A stretch of DNA of 51,975 nucleotides from assembly GCA_007127235.1 (NCBI GenBank), contig SKZT01000068.1:1-51975 (forward strand). Reading direction: 5' to 3'. How positions within the stretch are numbered: the first letter of the stretch is position 1; every line of letters starts with the position of its first letter. Positions 10,261 to 20,272 of the stretch are shown piece by piece. The notes below the pieces were generated by a model. It was not told the DNA's origin. It did no database searches and saw nothing but the letters and a program-made list of their open reading frames with translations. The DNA is from Desulfobacteraceae bacterium (GTDB lineage: Bacteria; Desulfobacterota; Desulfobacteria; Desulfobacterales; SKZT01). Both the position numbers and the translations under genes were made by a program.

Positions 10261-10752
10261 ATGAGTGAATTTGTTTATAAAACAATAGGGATCATTCGTT
10301 CGCCTTTTAAAAAACCGGAGGGAATGCCCATCCAACCCTCGGGTGCAAATGCTGTGGTTGGCAGTGTAGAAATCCATCCGGAATATAAAGATGGGCTCAA
10401 AGACCTGGATGGATTTTCCCATATTATTTTGATTTATCATTTCCACGAGTCCAAAGGATTTTCCCTTCAAACCATCCCTTTTCTGGATGATAAGGCCAGG
10501 GGGCTTTTTGCCACACGAGCACCCAGGCGCCCCAACCCCATCGGTATTTCCGTTGTGAGGCTGAAAAAGATAACAGATAATGTTTTGGAGATAGAAAATG
10601 TGGATATTTTGGATCGTACACCGCTTCTTGACATAAAACCTTTTGTTCCTGATTTCGATGTTTACGAGAATGTGAAAACCGGATGGCTGGCAAAAGCCTC
10701 AAAAAAAGTAAGACAAAAAAAATCGGATGAACGATTTATGACAGAAACCTGA
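10261..10752 (+). CDS. tsaA: tRNA (N6-threonylcarbamoyladenosine(37)-N6)-methyltransferase TrmO/TsaA
   Basis: IGIIRSPF, LDGFSHIILIYHFH, GLFATRAPRRPNPIG, TPLLDIKPF; AGGAGAGG SD before ATG 10261. Confidence 0.9.
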   Translation: MSEFVYKTIGIIRSPFKKPEGMPIQPSGANAVVGSVEIHPEYKDGLKDLDGFSHIILIYHFHESKGFSLQTIPFLDDKARGLFATRAPRRPNPIGISVVRLKKITDNVLEIENVDILDRTPLLDIKPFVPDFDVYENVKTGWLAKASKKVRQKKSDERFMTET

Positions 10753-10758
10753 AAAACT

Positions 10759-11187
10759 CTATTTTTTTTCCGATTTGCTTTTTCCCCACCGGGGAGAATG
10801 TAATTTAAAAAAATCGGATGTATCTTTCAAGAAAAGAAAAAAGGTGGATAGTGAAAACAAGATGGCATTTGCGGCCCCATGCACGGCAAAATCTATCCTG
10901 CTTTTGAAAAAAAGCGCAGTGACAAACAGGTATAGTACAATAATCATCACGCTGCAGACAATGCTAAGAACTCTTGCCCAGTTTCGAACCCTGATGGTGA
11001 AAAAACATACCACAAGAGCGATAATGGACTGTTGAAGCCACAGCTCTTTTCCGAATTCAACTCCGAATGCCTCGAAAAATATATAAATAAATAAAAAGTG
11101 GCTTGCCCAAGCCAACAATAAAAATACAATCCCCTTTTTAGCTGAAGATGGAAACGTATTGAAGGGAGGGGGTGCTTTTTTTTCCAT
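10759..11187 (-). CDS. Hypothetical membrane protein (about 4 TM segments)
   Basis: Four hydrophobic stretches; AAAGGA SD before MEKK; co-oriented with the LysM gene. Confidence 0.7.
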   Translation of the reverse strand: MEKKAPPPFNTFPSSAKKGIVFLLLAWASHFLFIYIFFEAFGVEFGKELWLQQSIIALVVCFFTIRVRNWARVLSIVCSVMIIVLYLFVTALFFKSRIDFAVHGAANAILFSLSTFFLFLKDTSDFFKLHSPRWGKSKSEKK

Positions 11188-11281
11188 AAAAATCAATCCT
11201 TTTCTGTCCGAAAAAATCAACCTGCTGCTCAAATCAAACAAAAATTCCTAAAAAGTAATGGCAACACCGCATTATTTATTA

Positions 11282-11932
11282 TTAAGGAGAGACTATAATT
11301 TTTTGTCCCGGCCGTATCACGGCATCTTTGGACATGTTGTTCAATTCTAAAAGTCTGTCGACAGAAATGCCATAATTGATGCCGATGCGATAGAGTGTTT
11401 CTCCTTTTTGGACCTCATGGTATTTTGCCGTATCGATTTTTTTTGCGGGAGCTGTTCGGGGGGCAACACGGGGTGATGCCGGTTTTGATTCAGCCGAAGA
11501 TAGTCTTTTGTTGATTTTTTCCAACTCATTGCTGAATTGGCTTGTTTTATGATGCAAAAAGGCTTCCAGCTGTTCCATTCTATTTTGAAGAGGTCCTGTA
11601 TTTATCTCATGGGTCGGTTGCATGGATAAGTTTTGAGAGTTTGTTTCAATAAGAAAAATCCGATTTTCAAGCATATCCATGCGTTCTGCCATATGATCCA
11701 ACCTGGCATGCAGTACATTGTCATCGGATTTGGGCCAAAAAACAATTATTATCAGAACCAATATAACGAAGGCTGTTCCCGCCCAGACAAAAGGACTGCC
11801 AAGGATATCCCCAAAAAGACCCATCCTACTGTTTTTTTGCCATCCGGAAAAAGCGTTTTCCTTATACAATTCATCTGTTGAATCCGTATCAACATTTTGA
11901 GTTTTATCTGAATTATCTGACACCATATTCAT
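11282..11932 (-). CDS. Membrane-anchored coiled-coil LysM-domain protein
   Basis: Single TM segment, coiled coil, Pro/Ala linker, C-terminal LysM YHEVQKGETLYRIGINYGISVDRLLELN...IRPGQKI. Confidence 0.88.
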   Translation of the reverse strand: MNMVSDNSDKTQNVDTDSTDELYKENAFSGWQKNSRMGLFGDILGSPFVWAGTAFVILVLIIIVFWPKSDDNVLHARLDHMAERMDMLENRIFLIETNSQNLSMQPTHEINTGPLQNRMEQLEAFLHHKTSQFSNELEKINKRLSSAESKPASPRVAPRTAPAKKIDTAKYHEVQKGETLYRIGINYGISVDRLLELNNMSKDAVIRPGQKIIVSP

Positions 11933-12199
11933 TTCTCCGTGCTGAATATTTTCCCATTAAAAAAGATTTTTCGCCAATCAACGGGAGGTGACCTTCCTGG
12001 TATCCTCCAATTTTTAATTCCGTAGCATAAAACAAACCATTACCGAACATCAAGACTTTTCAGGGGATGCTGTACAAAAAATCCGCAAACAACTGTCAAT
12101 AAATATAGCCGTCTTTTGTTTTTACATATACAAAAACCTCCAGAAGTGGTAGAAAGTCCATTTTCTTGAAATCGTATCAGAAATTCAATGAGGTTGTTT

Positions 12200-12454
12200 A
12201 TGTCGATTCATTCTCATGATTTTGTGGAACATTACCAGGGTCTTGTGGGGTTTGGTCTTAGCCGTGAAACCGATGAAAGTACGGTGATCTATTATTTGCA
12301 GAAATTTTCCGATGACGAGCTGATGAAAAACCTCATCAAACGGCTTGATGATGATGAATTGGAAGAGATTTTTGAATTTATATCGCGGTTTTTGAAAAAA
12401 TATTTGAGTGAGGAAGAGTACCACCGCCTGTTTTTAAAGGAAAACAATCCTTAA
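12200..12454 (+). CDS. Small acidic hypothetical protein
   Basis: GAGG SD before ATG 12200; 13 bp upstream of the aminopeptidase, likely co-transcribed. Confidence 0.75.
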   Translation: MSIHSHDFVEHYQGLVGFGLSRETDESTVIYYLQKFSDDELMKNLIKRLDDDELEEIFEFISRFLKKYLSEEEYHRLFLKENNP

Positions 12455-12467
12455 GGATAGAAATGAT

Positions 12468-13667
12468 ATGCTAAATGAATTTCAAATGGGAAGATACGCA
12501 GATGTGCTTTTATGGGGGTTGAAAAAGGCCAGGGCCGCCAGGTTTGAAAAAAATGACGTGATACTTATTAAGTATCATCACCCTGCGATTGCTCTTGCAG
12601 AGGTGATCTTTTGCCGCATTATGGAAATGGGTATGTATCCGGTGCAGCGAGTGGTTTCCACGCCCCGGATGGAAAAGGTTTTTTTTCGGCTTGCTGATGA
12701 TCAGCTACTGACATTTCAGGTTCCGGGGGAGTCAGAATTATTATCCCGATTAAATGGAAGTATTTTTCTTAACGCTCCTGAATCGATTACCCATTTAACG
12801 GGTGTCGATGCCGGAAAAATCGGCAAATCCATGGCCGCTCAAAAACCTCTAAAAGATATCAAAACCCGGAGGGAATCCTTGGGACTATTTGCCTGGACTC
12901 TTTGTTTATATCCGACCAAAGCCTTGGCCGATGCTGCCGGTATTGATTTGAAAACTTATTTCGATCAGGTGAAAAAGGCCTGCTTTCTGGATGAAACCGA
13001 ACCGGTTTCCAAATGGGAGGAATTATATTCCAATGCCGGTCAAATAAAGGTCTGGCTCAAAAGTCTCGATTTAAAATGCATCAAGGTTGAATCCAAAAAA
13101 ATTGACATGGAAATTGGTTTGGGTGACCATAGAAAATGGATTGGTATTTCAGGTCGCAACATTCCCAGTTTTGAGATTTTTACATCACCCGACTGGAGAG
13201 CGACTCATGGTGTTTATTTTGCAGACCAGCCCTCCTACCGGAATGGTAATTATGTGAAAAACGTTCGATTGGAATTTAACAGAGGAAAATTGGTTGAAGT
13301 GAGTGCCGAAGAAGGTGAGGTGTTTTTGAAAAAACAGTTGAAACTTGATGAAGGGGCAGGGAGGGTGGGAGAGTTTTCCCTGACAGACAGGCGATTTTCA
13401 AAAATCGATCGGTTCATGGCCAATACGCTTTATGATGAAAACTTCGGCGGTGATTACGGCAATTGCCATCTGGCCATGGGCAGTTCTTATGAAAATACTT
13501 TTTCAAAAGATCGCAATATGTTAACCCCTGAATACAAAACTCACCTGGGTTTTAACGATTCTGCGCTTCACTGGGACTTTGTGAACACAGAACCTAAAAG
13601 AGTGGTGGGTGTGTTAAAATCAGGAAAAAATACAACCATTTATGAAAATGGAGAATTCACTTATTAA
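12468..13667 (+). CDS. Aminopeptidase, M29 (thermophilic metalloprotease) family
   Basis: NIPSFEIFTSP, VGEFSL, NTLYDEN, CHLAMGSSY, FNDSALHWD metal-ligand motifs. Confidence 0.9.
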   Translation: MLNEFQMGRYADVLLWGLKKARAARFEKNDVILIKYHHPAIALAEVIFCRIMEMGMYPVQRVVSTPRMEKVFFRLADDQLLTFQVPGESELLSRLNGSIFLNAPESITHLTGVDAGKIGKSMAAQKPLKDIKTRRESLGLFAWTLCLYPTKALADAAGIDLKTYFDQVKKACFLDETEPVSKWEELYSNAGQIKVWLKSLDLKCIKVESKKIDMEIGLGDHRKWIGISGRNIPSFEIFTSPDWRATHGVYFADQPSYRNGNYVKNVRLEFNRGKLVEVSAEEGEVFLKKQLKLDEGAGRVGEFSLTDRRFSKIDRFMANTLYDENFGGDYGNCHLAMGSSYENTFSKDRNMLTPEYKTHLGFNDSALHWDFVNTEPKRVVGVLKSGKNTTIYENGEFTY

Positions 13668-13670
13668 CGG

Positions 13671-14474
13671 CTATATTTTCCCCTGACGGCCATCATCACA
13701 GGGCTCCATCATTTCATCCGATCTTGCATGTTCAGCCGTGGCAGTTGATTGGCATACAGGAAGTTCTTTTACGAGTGCCATGGGCGTGCCGCAGCATTCA
13801 GGAGCAGAGTCTTTTGAGCCATCTGTTTGCTTAATTTGATTACATTTTGGGCACTCGTATTTTTGTTGTGTTTTATTTTTATCCATTTGTATTCCCCTTT
13901 CCCTGTTAAGCCGTTTTTGTTTCCGTCTTTCTTTTCTTAACGCTTTTTTTATTCTATGTTTTAATCTCTGTTGAGTCAATTTCTTTTTCAAATCGGCTTG
14001 ATATCTGCTGATGATTGTATAGGCAATATAGCCGCCGATACAAGATAGTGGCAACCCGATAATTATACCACCGATGGTCATGGCAGCGAAAATTTCGGGT
14101 GTTTTATTGAGCATGTCAATAAAAACAGATGAGGTTACTTCTTCGCTGGTTGGTTCATAAGATTTTCGAAGTCCCAGGACCTTGGCCCCGAGCATATAGG
14201 TAATGCTGTAGATTACCGGGGCTGTAAGCGGATTGGTTATCCAGACAGCCAAAGCAGCAGAGATTTTGTTCCATTTGAAAAGGGTTGCTAAAAAGATTGC
14301 AATAACCATATGAAAGCCTAAAGCGGGGGTCATTCCCACAAACAAGCCCAATGCAAAACCCAAGGCTATTTGCTTGGGTTCACCCCGGATTTTTAGAAAC
14401 CGTTCATAGACTTTTTTAAAAAAGTCGTAAGTATTTGACTTCGGAGAAACTTTAGACGCGTTTTTGTTTTTCAT
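13671..14474 (-). CDS. DUF2062-family membrane protein fused in frame to a desulforedoxin-like Cys domain
   Basis: GEPKQIALGFALGLFVGMTP...WITNPLTAP (DUF2062-like), Lys/Arg tail, then CPKC-x15-CCG domain with its own SD and ATG at 13886. Confidence 0.8.
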   Translation of the reverse strand: MKNKNASKVSPKSNTYDFFKKVYERFLKIRGEPKQIALGFALGLFVGMTPALGFHMVIAIFLATLFKWNKISAALAVWITNPLTAPVIYSITYMLGAKVLGLRKSYEPTSEEVTSSVFIDMLNKTPEIFAAMTIGGIIIGLPLSCIGGYIAYTIISRYQADLKKKLTQQRLKHRIKKALRKERRKQKRLNRERGIQMDKNKTQQKYECPKCNQIKQTDGSKDSAPECCGTPMALVKELPVCQSTATAEHARSDEMMEPCDDGRQGKI

Positions 14475-14593
14475 GAATATAAATTATACTATTCTTGAGT
14501 TTTCGGATTTTTTGTTGACATTCTTGAATTAGTGTTACTCTTTTGAGGGTCTCGCTTATGTGCAATAATCCAGGATAATGACCGTTTTCATTA

Positions 14594-14792
14594 GCCCTGA
14601 AAGGGCGTCACATACTCAGCCCAAGGGCAGCGCCCTGGGTTTAAAAACCAGTTTCTAAGCCCTGTAAGGGCGCGACATAATCTGTCTCGGCATATCGAAT
14701 CTGATTATATGTCGTGTCCTTGCAGGGATTCATAAAATATGCCAAAACCCAGGGCGCTGCTTTAGGCTGAGTATGTTTTGCGCCTTCAGCGC
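14594..14792. repeat. Nested REP-like palindromic element (~200 bp)
   Basis: Outer arms ACATACTCAGCCCAAGGGCAGCGCCCTGGGTTT / AAACCCAGGGCGCTGCTTTAGGCTGAGTATGT; inner arms CCCTGTAAGGGCGCGACATA / TATGTCGTGTCCTTGCAGGG; small hairpins GCCCTGAAAGGGC and GCCCTGTAAGGGC. Confidence 0.8.
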
Positions 14793-15298
14793 CCATAAAG
14801 CCTCTTTAAACCTCAGCCGAACAACGATCCACAGAAATACCAAAAAGTAAAGAAAAATTTTCCGAAAAACCAAGTAATATTGTTTTCATAAATGAAAATT
14901 GATTTTAAAAAAAATAAAGAGAAATTTGACTCAATGTTCAAGTTTTATAAAAAAGGTGCGGTAAAGAATCAATACTTTTTGGGAAAAGGGCATCCATTAT
15001 TTAAACCATATTCAAGATCGGTTGAGAAAAAGGAAAAATTTCTCAAAATACATCTGACCAACCCCGGAAACTGTTCCTTTAGGAAAAAAGATTATGATAC
15101 CAACTCCAGAAAAGTCCGAATACTTCCAAATAAAGCTTCCATCTTGCCTGATTTTTGTTTAATATTTTTTGCTTGAATCAGATTTCAAGCAGTGTTTGCA
15201 GGTTGCTAAATTTGCCGTCATGCAAAAAAAAAAATTTTGCAATCTCGGTGAAATAGTTATGATCCAAATGATGACCCATAATGACAAGGAGATAGCTG

Positions 15299-15721
15299 AT
15301 GCGTCGATTAAACCGTTTAATGGCTTTAACGTTGATTTTTATTTTTCCAATGGCTTTTTTGGCTTTCGCCCAGCCGGATATACGAGAAGGGATGTGGGAA
15401 ATTACCACTCAGCTCGAGATGCCCGGGATGCCAATGCAAATGCCGGCGGTAACTTATACCCAGTGCATTACCAAGGATGATTTGATCCCCCAAGACCCCC
15501 GGCCTGACCAGGAATGCGAGACGGTAGATTACAAGATAGACGGAAACACGATAACTTACAAAATAGAATGTTCTTCACAGGGTACACAGATAAGGGGACA
15601 GGGGGATGCGACCTATCATGGTGATACCATGTCCGGATCAATGAAAATGACCATTTCAGGGCAGGAGCGCATGGAAATGAGCTATGAATACTCAGGTCGT
15701 TGGATAGGAGAGTGTCAATAA
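15299..15721 (+). CDS. Exported DUF3617-like protein
   Basis: Signal peptide, GMWEITT, TQCIT, four Cys, C-terminal GRWIGEC; AAGGAG SD. Confidence 0.8.
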   Translation: MRRLNRLMALTLIFIFPMAFLAFAQPDIREGMWEITTQLEMPGMPMQMPAVTYTQCITKDDLIPQDPRPDQECETVDYKIDGNTITYKIECSSQGTQIRGQGDATYHGDTMSGSMKMTISGQERMEMSYEYSGRWIGECQ

Positions 15722-15787
15722 TCGGACTTTTGTACTATTGCCTGATCTGATTTCCCCGGCTATGAAGAGGAGAAGGAGAAGCTGTAA

Positions 15788-16369
15788 ATGATTTCACGAA
15801 TTGATCATGTATCTATCGCTGTCAAAGACATTAATCAGGGACTTCATTTTTTTCAGGATGTTCTTGGCGCTATTCAGGGAGTTGGGGAAAGCGACCCTGA
15901 AATGAAGTATAATTGGAGAATTTTTTCCTTAGGCGACCTCTCCCGCCTGGAATTTTTGTATCCGACAGGCCCGGGAAGCTTTTTGGATAATTTTTTTAAA
16001 AAATATCCATCCGGAGGGGTTCATCATATAACGTTGCAGACCCCGGATATTCAAAATACCGTTAAAACCCTCGATGAATATAATATTCCTTATTTCGGCT
16101 ACCGGGATATGGGAGATTCCTGGAAAGAGGTCTTTATACACCCCAAAAATGCTTTTGGGGTGTTGATCCAAATTGCCCAGTTTAATCCGGACGACTATCT
16201 TCATAAGTCAGTGAAGTTAAGGCCCGGAAAAAAATGGGAAGTAACAAAAAAAGAAGATGGCACATTTCTTTCCATTTCTCATCCTGGTGGCGGCAAAGCT
16301 GTTATTGAACTAGACCGTTCACAGATAAGATCATTGATAAAGGATCTGGAAGCTTTGCTTGAGGATTAA
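15788..16369 (+). CDS. VOC-family protein (methylmalonyl-CoA epimerase-like) with C-terminal extension
   Basis: RIDHVSIAV, LEFLYP, GGVHHITL, FIHPKNAFGVLIQ. Confidence 0.8.
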   Translation: MISRIDHVSIAVKDINQGLHFFQDVLGAIQGVGESDPEMKYNWRIFSLGDLSRLEFLYPTGPGSFLDNFFKKYPSGGVHHITLQTPDIQNTVKTLDEYNIPYFGYRDMGDSWKEVFIHPKNAFGVLIQIAQFNPDDYLHKSVKLRPGKKWEVTKKEDGTFLSISHPGGGKAVIELDRSQIRSLIKDLEALLED

Positions 16370-16381
16370 AATTTTTAATTT

Positions 16382-17389
16382 CTATTTATTGTAGTATTGG
16401 ATATACCATTCAACAAATTTTTGAATTCCTGCTTTTATTGGGGTGTTGGGCTTGAAGCCGATATCCGATACAAGGTCTTCAATATCGGCGAATGTTGACG
16501 GGACATCTCCCGGCTGCATCGGCAAAAATTCTTTTTTTGCTTTTTTCCCCAATACATTTTCAATGGTCTCGATAAATTCCATGAGGGCGACGGGGTTATT
16601 GTTGCCGATGTTGTACAAGCGATATGCAACTTTGCTGGTTCCCGGATCAGGTTTGTCGGAATTCCAGTGAGGATTTCCTGAAGGAATCCGATCCATGATA
16701 TTAACGATACCTTCAACAATGTCATCGATATAGGTAAAATCACGCTCCAGATTTCCATGGTTGAAAACTTTTATGGGCTTGTCAGCCAAAATGGCCCGTG
16801 TAAAAAGAAACAGAGCCATGTCGGGTCTGCCCCATGGCCCATAGACAGTGAAAAATCTTAACCCGGTTGTTGGCAAACGGTATAGGTAGCTGTAGGTGTG
16901 AGCCATGAGTTCATTTGCTTTTTTGGTTGCCGCATATAGACTCACCGGATGGTCCACATTGTGATGTACCGAAAAGGGCATCAACGTATTTAAGCCGTAA
17001 ACGGAACTGCTGGAGGCAAAGATCAGGTGGGGAACATTGAAATGGCGGCACCCTTCAAGAATATTTGTAAAACCCGAAATATTGGCATCAATATAAGCAT
17101 GGGGATTTTCGAGACTGTAACGTACTCCAGCCTGTGCAGCCAGATTAACCACCCTGTCGAAAGAATCTGAATTGAAAACAGATTCCATGGCATTACGATC
17201 CGCGATGTCGAGTTGTTTGAACTTAAAGTTTTTGTAAGACTGAAGAATTGAAAGGCGGGATTTTTTTAGATTAACGTCGTAATAGGTATTCAAATTGTCA
17301 ATTCCCATCACGCTTTTTCCGCTTTCAAGAAGATGTTTACATAAATGAAAACCAATAAATCCCGCAGCCCCTGTAATCAGAATTTTCAT
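16382..17389 (-). CDS. NAD-dependent epimerase (UDP-glucuronate 4-epimerase family)
   Basis: [43 protein letters not shown]. Confidence 0.95.
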   Translation of the reverse strand: MKILITGAAGFIGFHLCKHLLESGKSVMGIDNLNTYYDVNLKKSRLSILQSYKNFKFKQLDIADRNAMESVFNSDSFDRVVNLAAQAGVRYSLENPHAYIDANISGFTNILEGCRHFNVPHLIFASSSSVYGLNTLMPFSVHHNVDHPVSLYAATKKANELMAHTYSYLYRLPTTGLRFFTVYGPWGRPDMALFLFTRAILADKPIKVFNHGNLERDFTYIDDIVEGIVNIMDRIPSGNPHWNSDKPDPGTSKVAYRLYNIGNNNPVALMEFIETIENVLGKKAKKEFLPMQPGDVPSTFADIEDLVSDIGFKPNTPIKAGIQKFVEWYIQYYNK

Positions 17390-17409
17390 TTAAATACCTC
17401 AGTATTTTC

Positions 17410-17703
17410 TCATTTTAATGGTGATGTTCTGCTCTGAAAAATAAACTCCTCTTTTGAAACAAAACCGAGATCTTTCCGGGCCACACTTCCAACGTAGCTC
17501 AAATCATTTTTCAACCGCTCAATTTCATGTAAAAGCAATTGATTTTCATGGGCTATTTTTTCATTTTTTTCCACAATATTTGCTAGCTCTTCTTTGAGCC
17601 CGTAAAGATCAGTCAATCCTTTTTCGCCAACAATGGCCATCAGCAAAATCGTAAGTAAAATAACACAGACTCCGGACAAGAGTATTTTTTCTTTTGAACT
17701 CAC
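17410..17703 (-). CDS. ftsB: Septum formation initiator FtsB/DivIC family
   Basis: One TM segment, GEKG, coiled coil, ARKDLGFVSKEE. Confidence 0.8.
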   Translation of the reverse strand: MSSKEKILLSGVCVILLTILLMAIVGEKGLTDLYGLKEELANIVEKNEKIAHENQLLLHEIERLKNDLSYVGSVARKDLGFVSKEEFIFQSRTSPLK

Positions 17704-17705
17704 TT

Positions 17706-19277
17706 TTAAGCCCCCCGAATCCGCTTTATTGCTTCTAATAAAATTCTCACCTCCCGACCATTAAAAAGGAAAGAAAAAATTCCATATAGAATGATCCCGA
17801 CAAATATACACCCAAAAAGCCCCGTGGATTTTGCCAAAAGGGAATTATCCGCTGCCGGTAGCATAACTCGACTGCATAATACCACACCAAGGCCCATCAA
17901 AACGGCTCCTGTGATTGTACGGATCAAAGATGAACCTGTGTCTTTTAAATCGATATGCCCCAATTTCAACTGAAGTGCATGCATTAAAAAGACCAAATTT
18001 AAAACAGAGGCCAGTGAGGTCGACAAGGCCAGTGCTTTGAAGTCTAAAAACCGGATAAATACAACAGCCATGATGATTTTTAATACTATACAGACCAAAG
18101 CAATACGAGCCGGTGTATATGTGTCCTGCAGAGCATAAAATGTCGATACAACAATCCTTACCGAAGCAAATGCCCACAATCCAATTCCATAATATAAAAG
18201 GGCTTCCGCAGTCAATCGAACATTTTGTGTTTCAAAAGCACCTCTTTCAAACAACAGTGATATTATTGGCTCCCTTAGAACAATCATGCCTGCCATAGCG
18301 GGCACCGTAATAAACAATACCATTTTTAAACTCATACTCATGGTTTTGGCAAGGGCCTGATAATTTTTTGAAGAAGCTTCTTTTGTTAAACCCGGAAGTA
18401 AGACCGTAGCTGCTGCTATGCCAAAAATGCCCAAAGGAAACTGAACAAGGCGATCAGCGTAATAAAGATGAGAAATACTTCCTTCCACAAGAAAAGATGC
18501 AATCAAAGAATCCAGAAGTGCATTGATTGGAAAAACAGAAGCTCCCAAAGCAGCAGGCAAAGTCAAGATTCCAATCCGTTTTAAACCCTGATGAAATAAA
18601 ACGGTTTTCTCCCTAAAAAAGATACCGGTTTTTGCCAAAAATGCTCCCTGCAAAAACAGCTGCAAAATGCCCCCCAGAAGAACCCCTATAGCTAATCCTT
18701 TTATGGGTTCAGCCATTTGAGGTGAAATAATCAGGATAGCACCGATCATGCTGATATTGATGATAAATGGGGATAATGACGGGGTTGTAAAATGTCCGAA
18801 TGTATTTAAAATTCCCATGCAAATCGCCGAAAGACCTATGAAAATAATAAAGGGCAGCATTATCCGGGTCAAAGAAACGGTCAATGCAAACTTTTCGGGA
18901 GAAGAAACAAAGCCTGGTGCAAACACGGTCACAAGTACATCTGCAAAAAAAATGCCAGCCATAGTAACCGTCGCCAAAATCAGAAAAAAGGACAAAAAAG
19001 CGGATCGGGCCAATTGAAAAGCCTCTTTTTTTCCTTTAGTCGACAAATACTCAATAAAAACCGGGATAAATGCAAGACTTAAAACCCCTTCGGAAAAAAG
19101 TCTCCTGATCAGATTGGGTATCCTGAAGGCCACAAAAAAAATGTCAGATATAAACCCGGCTCCAAAAGACCAGGCTATGACAGCATCCCTAATAAAGCCA
19201 AAAATCCGGCTCAAAAGAGTAATGACCATTACAATGCCGGTATCTTTTGCCATTTTTACTTTTTCATTTTTTTCCAT
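17706..19277 (-). CDS. murJ: Lipid II flippase MurJ (MviN)
   Basis: SRIFGFIRD, AFRIPNLIRRLFSEG, LYYADRLVQFPLG, FERGAF. Confidence 0.95.
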   Translation of the reverse strand: MEKNEKVKMAKDTGIVMVITLLSRIFGFIRDAVIAWSFGAGFISDIFFVAFRIPNLIRRLFSEGVLSLAFIPVFIEYLSTKGKKEAFQLARSAFLSFFLILATVTMAGIFFADVLVTVFAPGFVSSPEKFALTVSLTRIMLPFIIFIGLSAICMGILNTFGHFTTPSLSPFIINISMIGAILIISPQMAEPIKGLAIGVLLGGILQLFLQGAFLAKTGIFFREKTVLFHQGLKRIGILTLPAALGASVFPINALLDSLIASFLVEGSISHLYYADRLVQFPLGIFGIAAATVLLPGLTKEASSKNYQALAKTMSMSLKMVLFITVPAMAGMIVLREPIISLLFERGAFETQNVRLTAEALLYYGIGLWAFASVRIVVSTFYALQDTYTPARIALVCIVLKIIMAVVFIRFLDFKALALSTSLASVLNLVFLMHALQLKLGHIDLKDTGSSLIRTITGAVLMGLGVVLCSRVMLPAADNSLLAKSTGLFGCIFVGIILYGIFSFLFNGREVRILLEAIKRIRGA

Positions 19278-19303
19278 ATCTTATGGAGAAATCCATTTTC
19301 TTA

Positions 19304-19333
19304 TTGACAAAAGTTGATCTGATATTTTATAAG
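19304..19333 (+). promoter_or_regulatory. Putative sigma70 promoter of rpsT
   Basis: TTGACA (19304) with 17-18 nt spacer to TTATAA/TATAAG. Confidence 0.55.
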
Positions 19334-19406
19334 TCGCAGTTGTTGTTTTTAAAACGATTGTGATCTGAGCCTGTTTATCAGAAATAAGAAAGGAGTATGA
19401 GCAAAG

Positions 19407-19673
19407 GTGGCAAACAATAAATCAGCCTTAAAACGCGCCCGTCAAAATGAAGTCAGACGTTTGCGAAATAAATCTGTTAGAACGCGAGTTAAAAGCGCCA
19501 TTAAATCTGTTCGCGCGGCAGCATCCGAAAATTCTCATGATAAAGCTTTTCAGGAATTGAATTTGGCCAAATCCATTATTGATAAGGCTGCAAAAAAAGG
19601 AACCCTTCATAAAAGAACGGCTGCCAGGAAAATTTCAAGACTTACCAAGATTGTCAATTCCGTTTCTGATTAA
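19407..19673 (+). CDS. rpsT: 30S ribosomal protein S20
   Basis: MANNKSALKRARQ...IDKAAKKGTLHKRTAARKISRL. Confidence 0.98.
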   Translation: MANNKSALKRARQNEVRRLRNKSVRTRVKSAIKSVRAAASENSHDKAFQELNLAKSIIDKAAKKGTLHKRTAARKISRLTKIVNSVSD

Positions 19674-19704
19674 AGGTTTGCCGGTTTTATCCGGCAAACC
19701 TTTA
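19671..19704. terminator. Bidirectional intrinsic terminator between convergent rpsT and lptE
   Basis: Perfect 14-bp stem TAAAGGTTTGCCGG-ttttat-CCGGCAAACCTTTA. Confidence 0.8.
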
Positions 19705-19712
19705 AAAAACTC

Positions 19713-20234
19713 TTACTCGATATCCATCAATTGGTAGTAGACTATTTCAGCCATTCTTTTTGAGAGAGTTCTTAAGGCCTCTCGTTTTTCCCCTTCCGTT
19801 ATCAGTTTATCCGGCTGCACGATGAAGCTTTCGCTACCGGAAAATCCGGGTAATGCCCATAAAACCTGACCGTGCCTGTCGGTCAATCTCAGGTCTAAAA
19901 TCATCGTAATTCGCCGTTCCAGGGGAGAACGCACATCGGTTCTTGAGATGGTATGAGTGCTAAATGACCTGATAACCCCATGAAAAAAAGCATCAGGCAT
20001 GTCTTTTTCCGCAATTCTCACATTGTGGCTTCGAACAAATTCATAAATAAAATCATTGGTTATCATTGCTTCAATACCGGTTTCAGATGTGGGATTTTCG
20101 AAAACAGGTACAAATAGAGTTCTGATTTGAAACGGAAAATTTCTTTCCTCGGCAAAACGATAGCCGCAGCCTGCTACCGTTGTAAATAATGCCGTTAAAA
20201 GGAGACAAAATATGCTTTTGGTATAGTTTTTCAC
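19713..20234 (-). CDS. lptE: LPS assembly lipoprotein LptE
   Basis: Lipobox VAGC followed by GYRF, VPVFENPT; conserved position directly downstream of leuS. Confidence 0.82.
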   Translation of the reverse strand: MKNYTKSIFCLLLTALFTTVAGCGYRFAEERNFPFQIRTLFVPVFENPTSETGIEAMITNDFIYEFVRSHNVRIAEKDMPDAFFHGVIRSFSTHTISRTDVRSPLERRITMILDLRLTDRHGQVLWALPGFSGSESFIVQPDKLITEGEKREALRTLSKRMAEIVYYQLMDIE

Positions 20235-20272
20235 AGTGCTTAGTAACGTTGAATCAGATTGGGGGTTAAAGA

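Noticed and set aside
14892-15480. ORFs 14892-15176, 15169-15480 and 15178-15408
   Set aside because: Lys/Phe-rich translations of AT-rich intergenic DNA, or overlap with the DUF3617-like gene.
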